From an uncultured candidatus Porisulfidus sp. (lineage in GTDB: Bacteria > Pseudomonadota > Gammaproteobacteria > Poriferisulfidales > Poriferisulfidaceae), in assembly GCA_965204575.1 (NCBI GenBank), contig OZ241993.1:1248001-1312000 (forward strand): DNA of 64,000 nucleotides. The letters are read 5' to 3'. The notes below the pieces were generated by a model. The model was not told where the DNA came from and made no database searches. It saw only the letters and a program-made list of their open reading frames with translations. Within the stretch, counting starts at the first letter, position 1, and each line of letters begins with the position of its first letter. Positions 38,944 through 47,841 of the stretch are shown here, in pieces. Made by a program: the position numbers and the translations under genes.

Positions 38944-39789
38944 CTAGCCCGCGCGTTCGATGGCTTGGGCGATCAGGTCGACGAAATCATTGGCGTTCCG
39001 CACGCGGCTGACTTCGTCCATGCTGACGGTGTACCCGTATTCGGCGGCAATGCTCTGGTAACGCTCCAGGCGGTCCCGCGACAGCCTCGGGAAGGCCCAG
39101 CGGGTGAAATCGTCGGGGTTGATGTCTTGGAAATCGCCCAGGCTATGCTCGGCCATGAAATCCTCGATCGCCTGATCCAGGAAGGCCTCCGGATAGTAGA
39201 GGGGTTTGGGGCTTTTCGCCTGGCGCTTGCAGAGTTCCTCGATGTGCGGGTCGTCGGCATGGATGTACAGAATCAGGGTGTGTTCGGCCAGCAGGTCGAA
39301 CACGTCCGGCCTTTGCAGTTCGCACAGGCTGCCGCCGGCATCGTTCACGAGGTGCGGATAGCCGTAGATCTCCTGCCCTTTGCGGATGAAATCCGGGACA
39401 TCCTGCATGGCCTTGATTTCGGCTTCGTGATGGAGCCGCAGGCGGTTCTTGAATTCCTCCAGCGACAGCCCGCCGAGCCCGGAATTTCCGGGTTTGCCGA
39501 GAAAGGTCGAGACCGGCTCCAGGTTGCTGACGGTGAGATTGTTGGAGATGTAGATGGAGTCCGAGCGCAGCAGGTCCGCCAGGAACGGCACCTCCATCAT
39601 CTTCGACTTGAGGTTGTCGAGGATGTTCTCGCTGAGGTAGCGGGTGCCGATCCGGTAGTCCCCGGAGTAGTGGAACCACTGCGTCTTGTCCAGCCGCTCG
39701 GAAAGCCGGGTCTTGCCCACGCCGGACATGCCGAGCAAGGTGACGGCCTTGTGCGGGAGGGCGCGGAATTCGGCGGCGGTCAGGCGCAT
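38944..39789 (-). CDS. Uncharacterised P-loop NTPase upstream of metA
   Basis: Walker A GMSGVGKT; WFHYSGDYRIGTRYL; NDAGGSLCE. Confidence 0.8.
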   Translation of the reverse strand: MRLTAAEFRALPHKAVTLLGMSGVGKTRLSERLDKTQWFHYSGDYRIGTRYLSENILDNLKSKMMEVPFLADLLRSDSIYISNNLTVSNLEPVSTFLGKPGNSGLGGLSLEEFKNRLRLHHEAEIKAMQDVPDFIRKGQEIYGYPHLVNDAGGSLCELQRPDVFDLLAEHTLILYIHADDPHIEELCKRQAKSPKPLYYPEAFLDQAIEDFMAEHSLGDFQDINPDDFTRWAFPRLSRDRLERYQSIAAEYGYTVSMDEVSRVRNANDFVDLIAQAIERAG

Positions 39790-39817
39790 GGCAATAGGGG
39801 AACTGGCGGTTCCAGGC

Positions 39818-41254
39818 TCAGAGGGACGGCGAGCGGACGACCATCAGTTTGTCGACCTGCATGTCCTCGTAAGTGTAAGGGATACCGCCCACGCCGTGGC
39901 CGGACTGCTTGAGGCCGGCAAAAGGCATCCAGTCGACCCGGAACGCGGTGTGGTTGTTGATCATCACCGCGGCGGCTTCCAACTGGTGGTAGCAGTGCAG
40001 GGCGGTGTCGATGTTCTGGCTGAATACGGCGGCCTGGAACGAATACGGTCCGTCGTTCGCCTGCGCGATGGCGGCGTCGATGTCGTCGAAGCCGTACACG
40101 CAGATCACCGGTCCAAACACCTCGTGGGCGCTGACCTTGGCATCGGCCGGAGGGTTCAGCAGCACGGTCGGCTGGTAGGCGGTGTCCGACAGTCGCTGGC
40201 CTCCGCTGACGAGTTGCGCTCCCGCGTCCACGGCTTCCTGGACCCAGGCTTCGACCCGGTCCACTTCCGCCGGCCGGATCAGGGGGCCGATTTCCGTGTC
40301 GGCTTCGGTCGGATCGCCCACTTTCATGTTGTTGCCCAGTTCGGCCAGCCCTTCGGCAATGCGCTGGGCGATGCTCTGGTCGGCGTAGACTCGCTGGACC
40401 GATACGCAGACCTGTCCGGCATGGTAGAACCCGCCCTTGGCCATCAGGGGCAGGGCGTCGTCGATATCGGCATCCGCCGCCACGATGACCGGGGCGATGC
40501 CGCCGTGCTCCAGCGCGCAGCGCGCGCCGGGCGCCAGCTTCGAGCGCAACATCCAGCCGACGTCGCCGCTTCCGATGAAACTGAAAAACGCCACCCGGGG
40601 ATCTCCGACCATTTGCCCGGCGACCGCGTGATCGCCCAGGTTGATGGCCTGCACGTAGCCTTCGGGAAGCCCGGCCTGATGCAGCATTTCGACGAAGCGC
40701 ATGCACGACAGGGGCGTATCGAGTGCCGGCTTGATGATGGCGGGGCATCCGGAAGCGAGGGCGGGGCCGACCTGGTGCACGATCAAATTGAGCGGGTGGT
40801 TGAATGCGGAGAATGCCAGCACCACGCCGATCGGATACTTGCGGGTCAGTGCCATGTGGTGGGCCGACGCGGCATTCAGGTTCATCGGGATTTCCTGGCC
40901 TGCCTCGGTGCGCATGATTTCCACGCAACTGTGCATGCCGTCGATTGCCCGGGCCACTTCGACCTTGGAATCCGGCAAGGGCTTGCCGCCTTCGCGGGCT
41001 GCTTCCACGGCCAGTTCTTCGCTGCGCGCAGCCATCAACTGCGCGGTTTTCTCCAGCACCTCGATGCGTTTCGCGGGCGGCAGCCAGCGCGACTTGTCCT
41101 GGTAGATCGCAAAGGCAGTCGCTAGAACCTGGTCGGCCTGCTGGCTGTTGACGATGTCGACGGTGCCAATGGGCGAGCGGTCCCAAGGAGCGTAGACGGT
41201 CGCCTGCTCGGCGCAGGCCCCGATGCCGGGAGCAAAAGCGGAGTAGTGTTCCAT
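39818..41254 (-). CDS. NAD-dependent aldehyde dehydrogenase, SafD (sulfoacetaldehyde dehydrogenase)-like subfamily
   Basis: EGGKP, SAFNHPLNLIVHQ, FIGS, ALEHGG, GQVCVS, EVFGP, HTAFRVDWMPFAG. Confidence 0.88.
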   Translation of the reverse strand: MEHYSAFAPGIGACAEQATVYAPWDRSPIGTVDIVNSQQADQVLATAFAIYQDKSRWLPPAKRIEVLEKTAQLMAARSEELAVEAAREGGKPLPDSKVEVARAIDGMHSCVEIMRTEAGQEIPMNLNAASAHHMALTRKYPIGVVLAFSAFNHPLNLIVHQVGPALASGCPAIIKPALDTPLSCMRFVEMLHQAGLPEGYVQAINLGDHAVAGQMVGDPRVAFFSFIGSGDVGWMLRSKLAPGARCALEHGGIAPVIVAADADIDDALPLMAKGGFYHAGQVCVSVQRVYADQSIAQRIAEGLAELGNNMKVGDPTEADTEIGPLIRPAEVDRVEAWVQEAVDAGAQLVSGGQRLSDTAYQPTVLLNPPADAKVSAHEVFGPVICVYGFDDIDAAIAQANDGPYSFQAAVFSQNIDTALHCYHQLEAAAVMINNHTAFRVDWMPFAGLKQSGHGVGGIPYTYEDMQVDKLMVVRSPSL

Positions 41255-41338
41255 GAGGCTAGGAGCAATGGAAAAAGCCCATTTTAAACCAAGTATTCCC
41301 GCGTCTTGCAGTGCGAGGCGGCTTGTAGGGCAGCCCAG

Positions 41339-42127
41339 TCAGCCCGAAAAAGAAAAGAATTCCTGTGCGCACGCCTGCGTATGGCGGGCGAATTCGTCCA
41401 GGCTCAGGCCCCGGGCCTCAGCGATCTGTTCGGCGATATGGGGCAGCCACATGGGCTCATTGCGGCGAGTTCGGGGGCGCGGGCGCAGCGTGCGGGGCAA
41501 TAGATAGGGCGCATCCGTTTCAATCATCAGGCGGTCCAATGGAATCTCTCCGATCAGGTCTCTGAGCGACTGTCCTCGGCGCTCGTCGCAGAACCAGCCG
41601 GTGACGCCGATGTATATGCCGCGCTCAAGACAGGCGTGCAGCAAAGACCGTTCTCCAGTGAAGCAATGCAGGACGGCGCGCGGTGGGCGGCTGGCCACGT
41701 TATCGAAAACCTGCAGGAAATCCTCGTCCGCATCGCGGTTGTGCATGAGCACGGGCAGACCCAATTCGCCTGCCAGTTCCAGTTGTTCCGAGAAAACGGC
41801 AATCTGTGTTTTGCGAGGCGACAGGTCCCGGTAGTAGTCCAGCCCGCACTCGCCGATGGCGATGACTTTGGGGTCTTGCTGGAGGCCACGCAGGATTTCG
41901 GCGCTGTCGGAGCCCCATTCACGCGCCTGATGCGGATGTACGCCGACTGCCGCCCAGCAGTCGGGGTAGCGCTGCGCGGTCGAAACGCACGCCCGGCTCT
42001 CGGCAAGGTCCGCGCCGGCCAGAAGAAACCGGGTGACGCCAGCTTCCCGGGCCCGCTGCAGGACCTCTTCCTGATCGTTTGCGAACGACTCGTGGGTCAG
42101 GTTGCAGCAGATGTCAGTGAGCATCAA
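41339..42127 (-). CDS. tatD: TatD-family nuclease
   Basis: GVHPH, AIGECGLDY, H.RDA, HCFTG, ETDAPYL.P, RNEP. Confidence 0.93.
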   Translation of the reverse strand: MMLTDICCNLTHESFANDQEEVLQRAREAGVTRFLLAGADLAESRACVSTAQRYPDCWAAVGVHPHQAREWGSDSAEILRGLQQDPKVIAIGECGLDYYRDLSPRKTQIAVFSEQLELAGELGLPVLMHNRDADEDFLQVFDNVASRPPRAVLHCFTGERSLLHACLERGIYIGVTGWFCDERRGQSLRDLIGEIPLDRLMIETDAPYLLPRTLRPRPRTRRNEPMWLPHIAEQIAEARGLSLDEFARHTQACAQEFFSFSG

Positions 42128-42920
42128 GCCTGGGATCTCCGCATTCCGCGCAGCGGCCGAGCCTCATTTCCGAAAGGGGCTTCTGGCAGGTGCGGCATAG
42201 CTGGGGGTAGGTGGCGTGCAGCTGGGGATCCACGGCCAGACGGTCGTCAAAGACAAAGCATTCCCCTTGCCAGTGGCGGCCGCCGCATTGCTCGAAATAG
42301 TTCAGGATGCCTCCGGACAACTGCCAGACTTCCGGATGCCCCTGCTCGCGCAGCCAGGCGCTGGCCAGTTCACAGCGGATGCCGCCCGTGCAGTAGGTCA
42401 CGATGGGTCTCGTGTCTGGCTCCAAGCCGCGAGCTGCTTCCTGGAAATCACGGAACTGATGCAAGGGCAGGGTTTCGGCGGCGGCAAACTGCCCCAGGTG
42501 CGTCTCGTAGACGTTGCGCACGTCCAGCAGTCGAAGTGGGCGACCCTCGTCCAGCCATTGGCATAACTGTTGCGGCGGCAGGTGAGCGCCCGGCCGGCGG
42601 CGGGCGACTGGAGTGTCCACCTGGAGAGGCAGGAGGGAAGGGCGGGAACGGACGATCAGCTTGGAGAAAGGTGAGACGGTGATGCGGCTGCGCCGGAACT
42701 GGAGTTGCTTGAACGGGCTTTCGTCCAAGAGAAGCCGTTCGACTTGGCCGATGCCGTCTTCCGGACCCGACAGGCTCAGGTTGATTCCCTCGGGGGCCAG
42801 GGTGATGTTGCCGGCCAGCTGCAGGCGTTCGCAGGTCTTGAGCAGGTGGCGGCGCAGCGTCTCGTCTTCGTCGAAGTCCAGGAACTGGTAGGCCGTGGTA
42901 TGAACCAGAAGAGGCGCCAT
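42114..42920 (-). CDS. tRNA U34 hydroxylase-type rhodanese (TrhO/YceA family)
   Basis: LAPEGIN, LD.RN.YE..LG.F, YCTGGIRCE, GGIL.Y, G.CFVFD.R. Confidence 0.88.
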   Translation of the reverse strand: MAPLLVHTTAYQFLDFDEDETLRRHLLKTCERLQLAGNITLAPEGINLSLSGPEDGIGQVERLLLDESPFKQLQFRRSRITVSPFSKLIVRSRPSLLPLQVDTPVARRRPGAHLPPQQLCQWLDEGRPLRLLDVRNVYETHLGQFAAAETLPLHQFRDFQEAARGLEPDTRPIVTYCTGGIRCELASAWLREQGHPEVWQLSGGILNYFEQCGGRHWQGECFVFDDRLAVDPQLHATYPQLCRTCQKPLSEMRLGRCAECGDPRLDAH

Positions 42921-42922
42921 GG

Positions 42923-43438
42923 TCAGAACTGTTCCAAGGTGGTGAACAGGCCGACCCGGAGATCCTTCGCCGTGTAGATGTCACGGCCATCCACCTGCAC
43001 CAGGCCGTCGGCAATCCCCATCACCAGTGAACGGGTGATCAGGCGTTTGAGATGGATGTGGTAGTGCACGACGCGGTTTTCCGGGGTCACCTGGCCGGAG
43101 AACTTGACCCGGCCGACGCCCAGCGCCCGGCCTCGTCCCGGGTGACCTTGCCATCCCAGGAAGAACCCCACCAACTGCCACAGGGCATCAAGCCCCAGGC
43201 AGCCCGGCATCACCGGATCGCCGGGGAAATGGCATTGAAAGAACCAGAGGTCGGGGCGAATGTCCAATTCCGCCCGTAGTTCTCCCTTCCCGTAGGTTCC
43301 GCCTTGTTCGCTGATATGCGTGATGCGGTCCAGCATCAGCATGTTCGGGCTCGGCAACTGGGCGTTGCCTTCGCCGAACATCTCACCGCGCGCGCAACGC
43401 AGGAGCTCCTCGTAGGAGAAACTTTGAGGTGAACCCAT
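42923..43438 (-). CDS. fabA: 3-hydroxydecanoyl-ACP dehydratase/isomerase
   Basis: [44 protein letters not shown]. Confidence 0.97.
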   Translation of the reverse strand: MGSPQSFSYEELLRCARGEMFGEGNAQLPSPNMLMLDRITHISEQGGTYGKGELRAELDIRPDLWFFQCHFPGDPVMPGCLGLDALWQLVGFFLGWQGHPGRGRALGVGRVKFSGQVTPENRVVHYHIHLKRLITRSLVMGIADGLVQVDGRDIYTAKDLRVGLFTTLEQF

Positions 43439-43497
43439 GGGATGGAAACCGGGTAATAAGCCTGCAGACTATTCTATAGAGTGCGGATGAGGGGAAA

Positions 43498-44454
43498 TCA
43501 GGCCGGTTCGGCGTCGGCCTGGGCATCGAGCCGCATCCGCCCCAGGGCGAGACGCAATTCACCGAACGTCTGTGTCGGGATGATTCGGGTATCGTCGATC
43601 ACCGCCTCGAAAAGATTCAGGTTGGAGCCGTGCAGGAGGATCGGGTGGCCTTCCGGCACGGCACGGCGAAGTTTGCGTAACTCATTCGGAAGCAAAGGAT
43701 CATCGATCGGGTAGGCAGCGATGGCGGTGCACAGGGCCCGGCTGCGTTCCGCTGCGTACGCGATCTCGTCAGCAGACAGCCCCGCTCCAAGGAAGATCGG
43801 CCGCCACCCGTAGGCTCGGGTCGCCACGGCCAAGCGAAGCAGCGGCAGTTCATCGGGTCCGGACAATCCGCCGGCCACGACCACGCGGAAGGCGGAACCG
43901 GTTCCCGGGCGGGTGGCATAGTTCAGCAAGTGGCTGCGGATTACGCCTTCGGCCATGTGCTTCTGCGCCATGCGCAAGGTTCCATTGCGGCATTCGTCTT
44001 GCATGTGCTGGATCAGCGGCGCGATCAGGTCTTCTTGCATGAACAACTCGACCAGGTTCTTCTCGGCGTCACTCAGGGTTTCGGCCAGCTGTTCCGGATT
44101 CATCCTGTCGATTGCCTCGAGGCACCGGTCGAAATATTCCATGACCGCGTCCGTGCGCGGGCGCGAGGAACCGAGGGAAGGCACCAGAACGGCCGCCTGC
44201 TCATCTCCTTCCACCATGGCCTGGAGTTCGGCAGTGGACGCTCGCGCGATGTCGCCGATACGCCGCCCGGCATCGGTGGCACGGGCCAGCAGGCGCAGGC
44301 GCTCGATGTCCTCGTCTCGGTACAATCGGCGCTGATTTCGGGTGCGCGCCGGTTCGACTGCGTGGTAACGGCGCTCCCAGGCGCGGATCAACTCGACGCT
44401 CAGGCCCGAGCGGCGCGCGGCGACCTGGATGGGATGGAGCGGCGATTCGGCCAT
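43498..44454 (-). CDS. MerR-family regulator with CarH/LitR-like architecture and degenerate B12-binding motifs
   Basis: MerR HTH (IRAWERRY...P.RT...RRLY...D..RL); helical domain with AQKH in place of AQEH; Rossmann domain (GW...FLGA.L...I) with GPDELP in place of EXHXXG. Confidence 0.85.
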   Translation of the reverse strand: MAESPLHPIQVAARRSGLSVELIRAWERRYHAVEPARTRNQRRLYRDEDIERLRLLARATDAGRRIGDIARASTAELQAMVEGDEQAAVLVPSLGSSRPRTDAVMEYFDRCLEAIDRMNPEQLAETLSDAEKNLVELFMQEDLIAPLIQHMQDECRNGTLRMAQKHMAEGVIRSHLLNYATRPGTGSAFRVVVAGGLSGPDELPLLRLAVATRAYGWRPIFLGAGLSADEIAYAAERSRALCTAIAAYPIDDPLLPNELRKLRRAVPEGHPILLHGSNLNLFEAVIDDTRIIPTQTFGELRLALGRMRLDAQADAEPA

Positions 44455-44461
44455 GTCAAGT

Positions 44462-44521
44462 TATCCACCTTTTGTACAGGAAAATCCGGGGCAATCCGGT
44501 GTTTCGTACAGCCATTGTACT
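44462..44521. promoter_or_regulatory. Candidate CarH/LitR-type operator (phased TGTACA-like hexamers)
   Basis: TATCCA 44462, TGTACA 44473, CGTACA 44505, TGTACT 44516; spacings 11, 32 and 11 bp. Confidence 0.5.
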
Positions 44522-44622
44522 GGATGCCCTCCTGTCGGCCAACCGGAGGTTGGGATATTTGTGATAGATTAGCCTCAAAAGAATCGTGTCCCCACGATTG
44601 TCAGAATTACTTAGGAGGAGTC

Positions 44623-45765
44623 GTGAAAAAACTGTTTATCAATCTACGCTATTTCCTCGCGCCGCTGCTGATCCTGTCGGCACTGTTCGGGGTTTTGGCA
44701 GGCGGACCGTGGGTCTGGGTCGGAGTCGCCCTGATGGGCGTCGGCATCCTGGTCGATACCACTACGCCACAACGCACCATGGGCGCGGGATTTGACGAAG
44801 AGGGTAACACCTATGGCGTCCCCGCTCTTCAGAACGGTGTCATGTACAGCATGCTGGGCGTTTTTGTCCTGTTGCAGCTGGCCATCTGCTGGCGCATCTA
44901 CCAGTACGTGAATGGCGTCCCGATGGGGACCGGCACTTTCCTGGGCCTGTCCTACCAGGAAGGAATCACCGGGATGGAGTTGGTCGGGGCAGTCGTTTCG
45001 ACCGGCATCTTCGCCGGCATCGGCATCATCTACGGGCACGAGCTGGCGCACACCAAGGGTTTCAGTTTCGTGATCGCCCGCTGGATGATGGGACTGTCTG
45101 GTTCGTCCCATTTCTGCTACGCGCATGTGTACAACCACCATCTGGAATTGGGTTGCGAGGACGATCCCGCAACTTCGCCGCGCGGGCGCAGCCTGTATGC
45201 TCATTTCCCGAAATCCTATTTCGGCCAGAGCAAATTCCTGTATTCGATGGAGAAGCATCGCCTGGAACGTCTGGGCGTGCCGTTCCTGTCTTGGCAGAAC
45301 CGCTGGATTCGTGGCTATGCCATGAGCTTGCCGACGCTCTTCCTGTTCTGGATGGCGGGCGGCTGGCTCGGCATCTGCGCCATGCTGCTGATCTGGATGA
45401 TCTCGAACTTCGAGCTGGAAGCGCTCAACTATCTGGAGCACTATGGGCTGATTCGCGAGAAAGGCCAGCCCATCGACTATCGCCATAGCTGGGACAACAG
45501 CACGGCGTTCACCAGCTGGTTCTTCATTGAGATCGGCCGTCAGGCGGATCACCACGACCGCGGTGAAACCCACTTCTGGGAGCTCGACGAGGTCGGGGCG
45601 CCGAATACGGGAATGGGGTATTTCACCCTGTTCGCATTGGCGTTGGTTCCGCCGGTGTTCCACAAACTCATGGAAATAGAGTTGAAGAAGTGGGACGACA
45701 ACGAAGCCTCCGAAGGCGAGTTGGAAGTCTCCCGCGCGATCAACAAGGTTGCAGGCTACGCATAA
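44623..45765 (+). CDS. Membrane di-iron monooxygenase, AlkB/XylM-like
   Basis: AGGAGG RBS and GTG start; TM helices; His boxes HELAH, HVYNHH, NYLEHYG, RQADHH; DPATSPRG.S.Y motif. Confidence 0.88.
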   Translation: MKKLFINLRYFLAPLLILSALFGVLAGGPWVWVGVALMGVGILVDTTTPQRTMGAGFDEEGNTYGVPALQNGVMYSMLGVFVLLQLAICWRIYQYVNGVPMGTGTFLGLSYQEGITGMELVGAVVSTGIFAGIGIIYGHELAHTKGFSFVIARWMMGLSGSSHFCYAHVYNHHLELGCEDDPATSPRGRSLYAHFPKSYFGQSKFLYSMEKHRLERLGVPFLSWQNRWIRGYAMSLPTLFLFWMAGGWLGICAMLLIWMISNFELEALNYLEHYGLIREKGQPIDYRHSWDNSTAFTSWFFIEIGRQADHHDRGETHFWELDEVGAPNTGMGYFTLFALALVPPVFHKLMEIELKKWDDNEASEGELEVSRAINKVAGYA

Positions 45766-45796
45766 GAGGTCTGAAAACCCCAACCCTATAAAGGAG

Positions 45797-45827
45797 CGCC
45801 CCCTTTCGAGGGGGCGTTTCTTTTTTT
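45797..45827 (+). terminator. Rho-independent terminator
   Basis: CGCCCCCT-TTCG-AGGGGGCG followed by TTTCTTTTTTT. Confidence 0.9.
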
Positions 45828-45853
45828 GGGCAGGCCCTCCGTACAATAGGATC

Positions 45854-46552
45854 ATGAGTGAATTCGGGCAAACCCGCCGGCTGGAAGACCGATTGATCGA
45901 CGATGTCGCGGCCGCAGGGCAGTCGGCACAGCAGCAGCGTCGGTTGACGCTGGAGAAAGAGTTGCGCCGCCCGGACCTCAAGGATTCGGAACGTCTTGAC
46001 GCACAACTGGAACTCTCTGGGATTCTGCTTGATCTCGGCGAGTCCGGGACGGCTTTCGCGATGGCCCGGGAGGTACTGGACGCGGGGATTCGGGCGGAAC
46101 GCTACGAAAGGGCGGCCTCGGCCTGCCGGGTCATGTACCTGAGCGAGCAGCCGGAGTCCACGTCGGCCCTGGGACACGGCCTTTGGCTCGCGCTGGCTTG
46201 CCCGATGGATCTGGATCTGACTTGGCAACTGTTCCGCCATTTGGTAGAGGAGACTCCGGCTCATTCCGATGGCGCGGCCGTGGCTGCGATGCTGGCTTAT
46301 TTCTTGATGGACAAGCGGGCAGCCGGCGCGGAACGCGATCGTCTAATCTTCCTGGCCCAGCAGCAAGTTGCGGAAGTGGCTGAACGCCACCGCGGCATTA
46401 CCAACGATGAGACAATCGGAGTCTGGGTGCAGATGCACGACCTGGACGACGTGGATGTGTTGCTGGAACGGATGGGACGCATCCTCGACGCAATCACGCC
46501 GGACTGGTGGTTCGACCGGGAGGCGGTGCGCGCCCGGTTCGCTTCCGACTGA
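45854..46552 (+). CDS. All-helical hypothetical protein
   Basis: 232-aa ORF with host-like codon usage; ALGHG.WLA, DGAAVAA, WWFDR motifs. Confidence 0.7.
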   Translation: MSEFGQTRRLEDRLIDDVAAAGQSAQQQRRLTLEKELRRPDLKDSERLDAQLELSGILLDLGESGTAFAMAREVLDAGIRAERYERAASACRVMYLSEQPESTSALGHGLWLALACPMDLDLTWQLFRHLVEETPAHSDGAAVAAMLAYFLMDKRAAGAERDRLIFLAQQQVAEVAERHRGITNDETIGVWVQMHDLDDVDVLLERMGRILDAITPDWWFDREAVRARFASD

Positions 46553-46571
46553 TTCCAACCGGTACGGGGTC

Positions 46572-47663
46572 ATGGCATCCGCTGACGATCCTTATGCACG
46601 CCGTATCATCCATATCGACATGGATGCGTTCTATGCGGCGGTCGAGATGCGCGAGGACCCTTCGCTACGAGGTCGCCCCCTGGTCGTCGGCGGTGATCCG
46701 GAACGGCGGGGCACGGTGGCGACATGCAATTACGAGGCCCGAGCCTATGGCATTCACTCGGCAATGGCGAGCCGGACCGCCAAGAAACGATGCCCGGAAG
46801 TCATCTTCATCCGCCCGCGGTTCGACCTGTACCGTGCAGTGTCGGCCGAAATACGTGAAATCTTCCTCCATTACACTCCCAAGGTCGAGCCCTTGTCCCT
46901 GGACGAAGCCTACCTTGACGTGACCGGTTGCCGCCTGTTCGGTGGAATTGCTACTGACATTGCACGCGATATCAAGCGTCGCATCCTGGAGAAAACCCGG
47001 TTGACCGGTTCGGCCGGCGTCTCCTACAACAAGTTCCTGGCCAAAATCGCTTCGGACATGAACAAGCCGGACGGTTTGACCGTGGTGCGCCCGGAGGGTG
47101 GCCCAAAGCTGGTGGCCCGCCTGCCGATCCGAAAGTTCTTCGGGATCGGGCCGGTCACGGCAGCGCGAATGAAGGAATTGGGAATCGAAACCGGAACCGA
47201 TCTCAGGCAGTGGCCGCTGGAACGACTCCAGCCTTTGTTCGGGAAGCATGCCGAGTACTACTACCAGGCGGCGAGGGGGTTGGATTTTCGCGAAGTGGAA
47301 CCGGGTCGTCCTCGAAAGTCGGTAGGCTCGGAGACGACGTTCGTGCAGGATATTCAGGATTTGGAGGAAATGCTGAAGGCGCTCAAGTTGCGGGCGCGCG
47401 AGGTGGCGCTGGATCTGCAGGAAAAGCGGTTAACCGGGAAGACAGTTACGGTGAAAGTCAAGTTCAGCAATTTTACGCAGGTCACCCGGAGCCATTCGTT
47501 CGATCGGCCATTGACTTCGTATCGACAGATGGCAGATGTCCTGCCGGATTTGTTGCGCCGGGCCGCACAACCGGGTCACGCAGTGCGCCTGCTCGGGGTG
47601 ACGGTTTCGAACTTGGTTCCGCATTCCGATGAAGAAGGGCCGGTGCAGCGTAGCCTTTTGTAG
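46572..47663 (+). CDS. dinB: DNA polymerase IV
   Basis: IIHIDMDAFYA.VE, YEAR.YG..SAM, SLDEAYLD, KFLAKIASD.NKPDG, RLLGV. Confidence 0.97.
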   Translation: MASADDPYARRIIHIDMDAFYAAVEMREDPSLRGRPLVVGGDPERRGTVATCNYEARAYGIHSAMASRTAKKRCPEVIFIRPRFDLYRAVSAEIREIFLHYTPKVEPLSLDEAYLDVTGCRLFGGIATDIARDIKRRILEKTRLTGSAGVSYNKFLAKIASDMNKPDGLTVVRPEGGPKLVARLPIRKFFGIGPVTAARMKELGIETGTDLRQWPLERLQPLFGKHAEYYYQAARGLDFREVEPGRPRKSVGSETTFVQDIQDLEEMLKALKLRAREVALDLQEKRLTGKTVTVKVKFSNFTQVTRSHSFDRPLTSYRQMADVLPDLLRRAAQPGHAVRLLGVTVSNLVPHSDEEGPVQRSLL

Positions 47664-47841
47664 GGGCGTATATGGAAGTTGAGAGTTGAGGGTTTTCACG
47701 GCTCTGTTGTGGAAATCCGTGCTAGAGTAAATCACCATGCACCGAGCCTTCCGCTTGAGTCAAGTCAGGCCAGGCTTGGCAGGGTCATGCGCGATCGCAG
47801 AATTTAAAAGCAAGCGGACAAGAAAGGACGCGAGCAACAGA

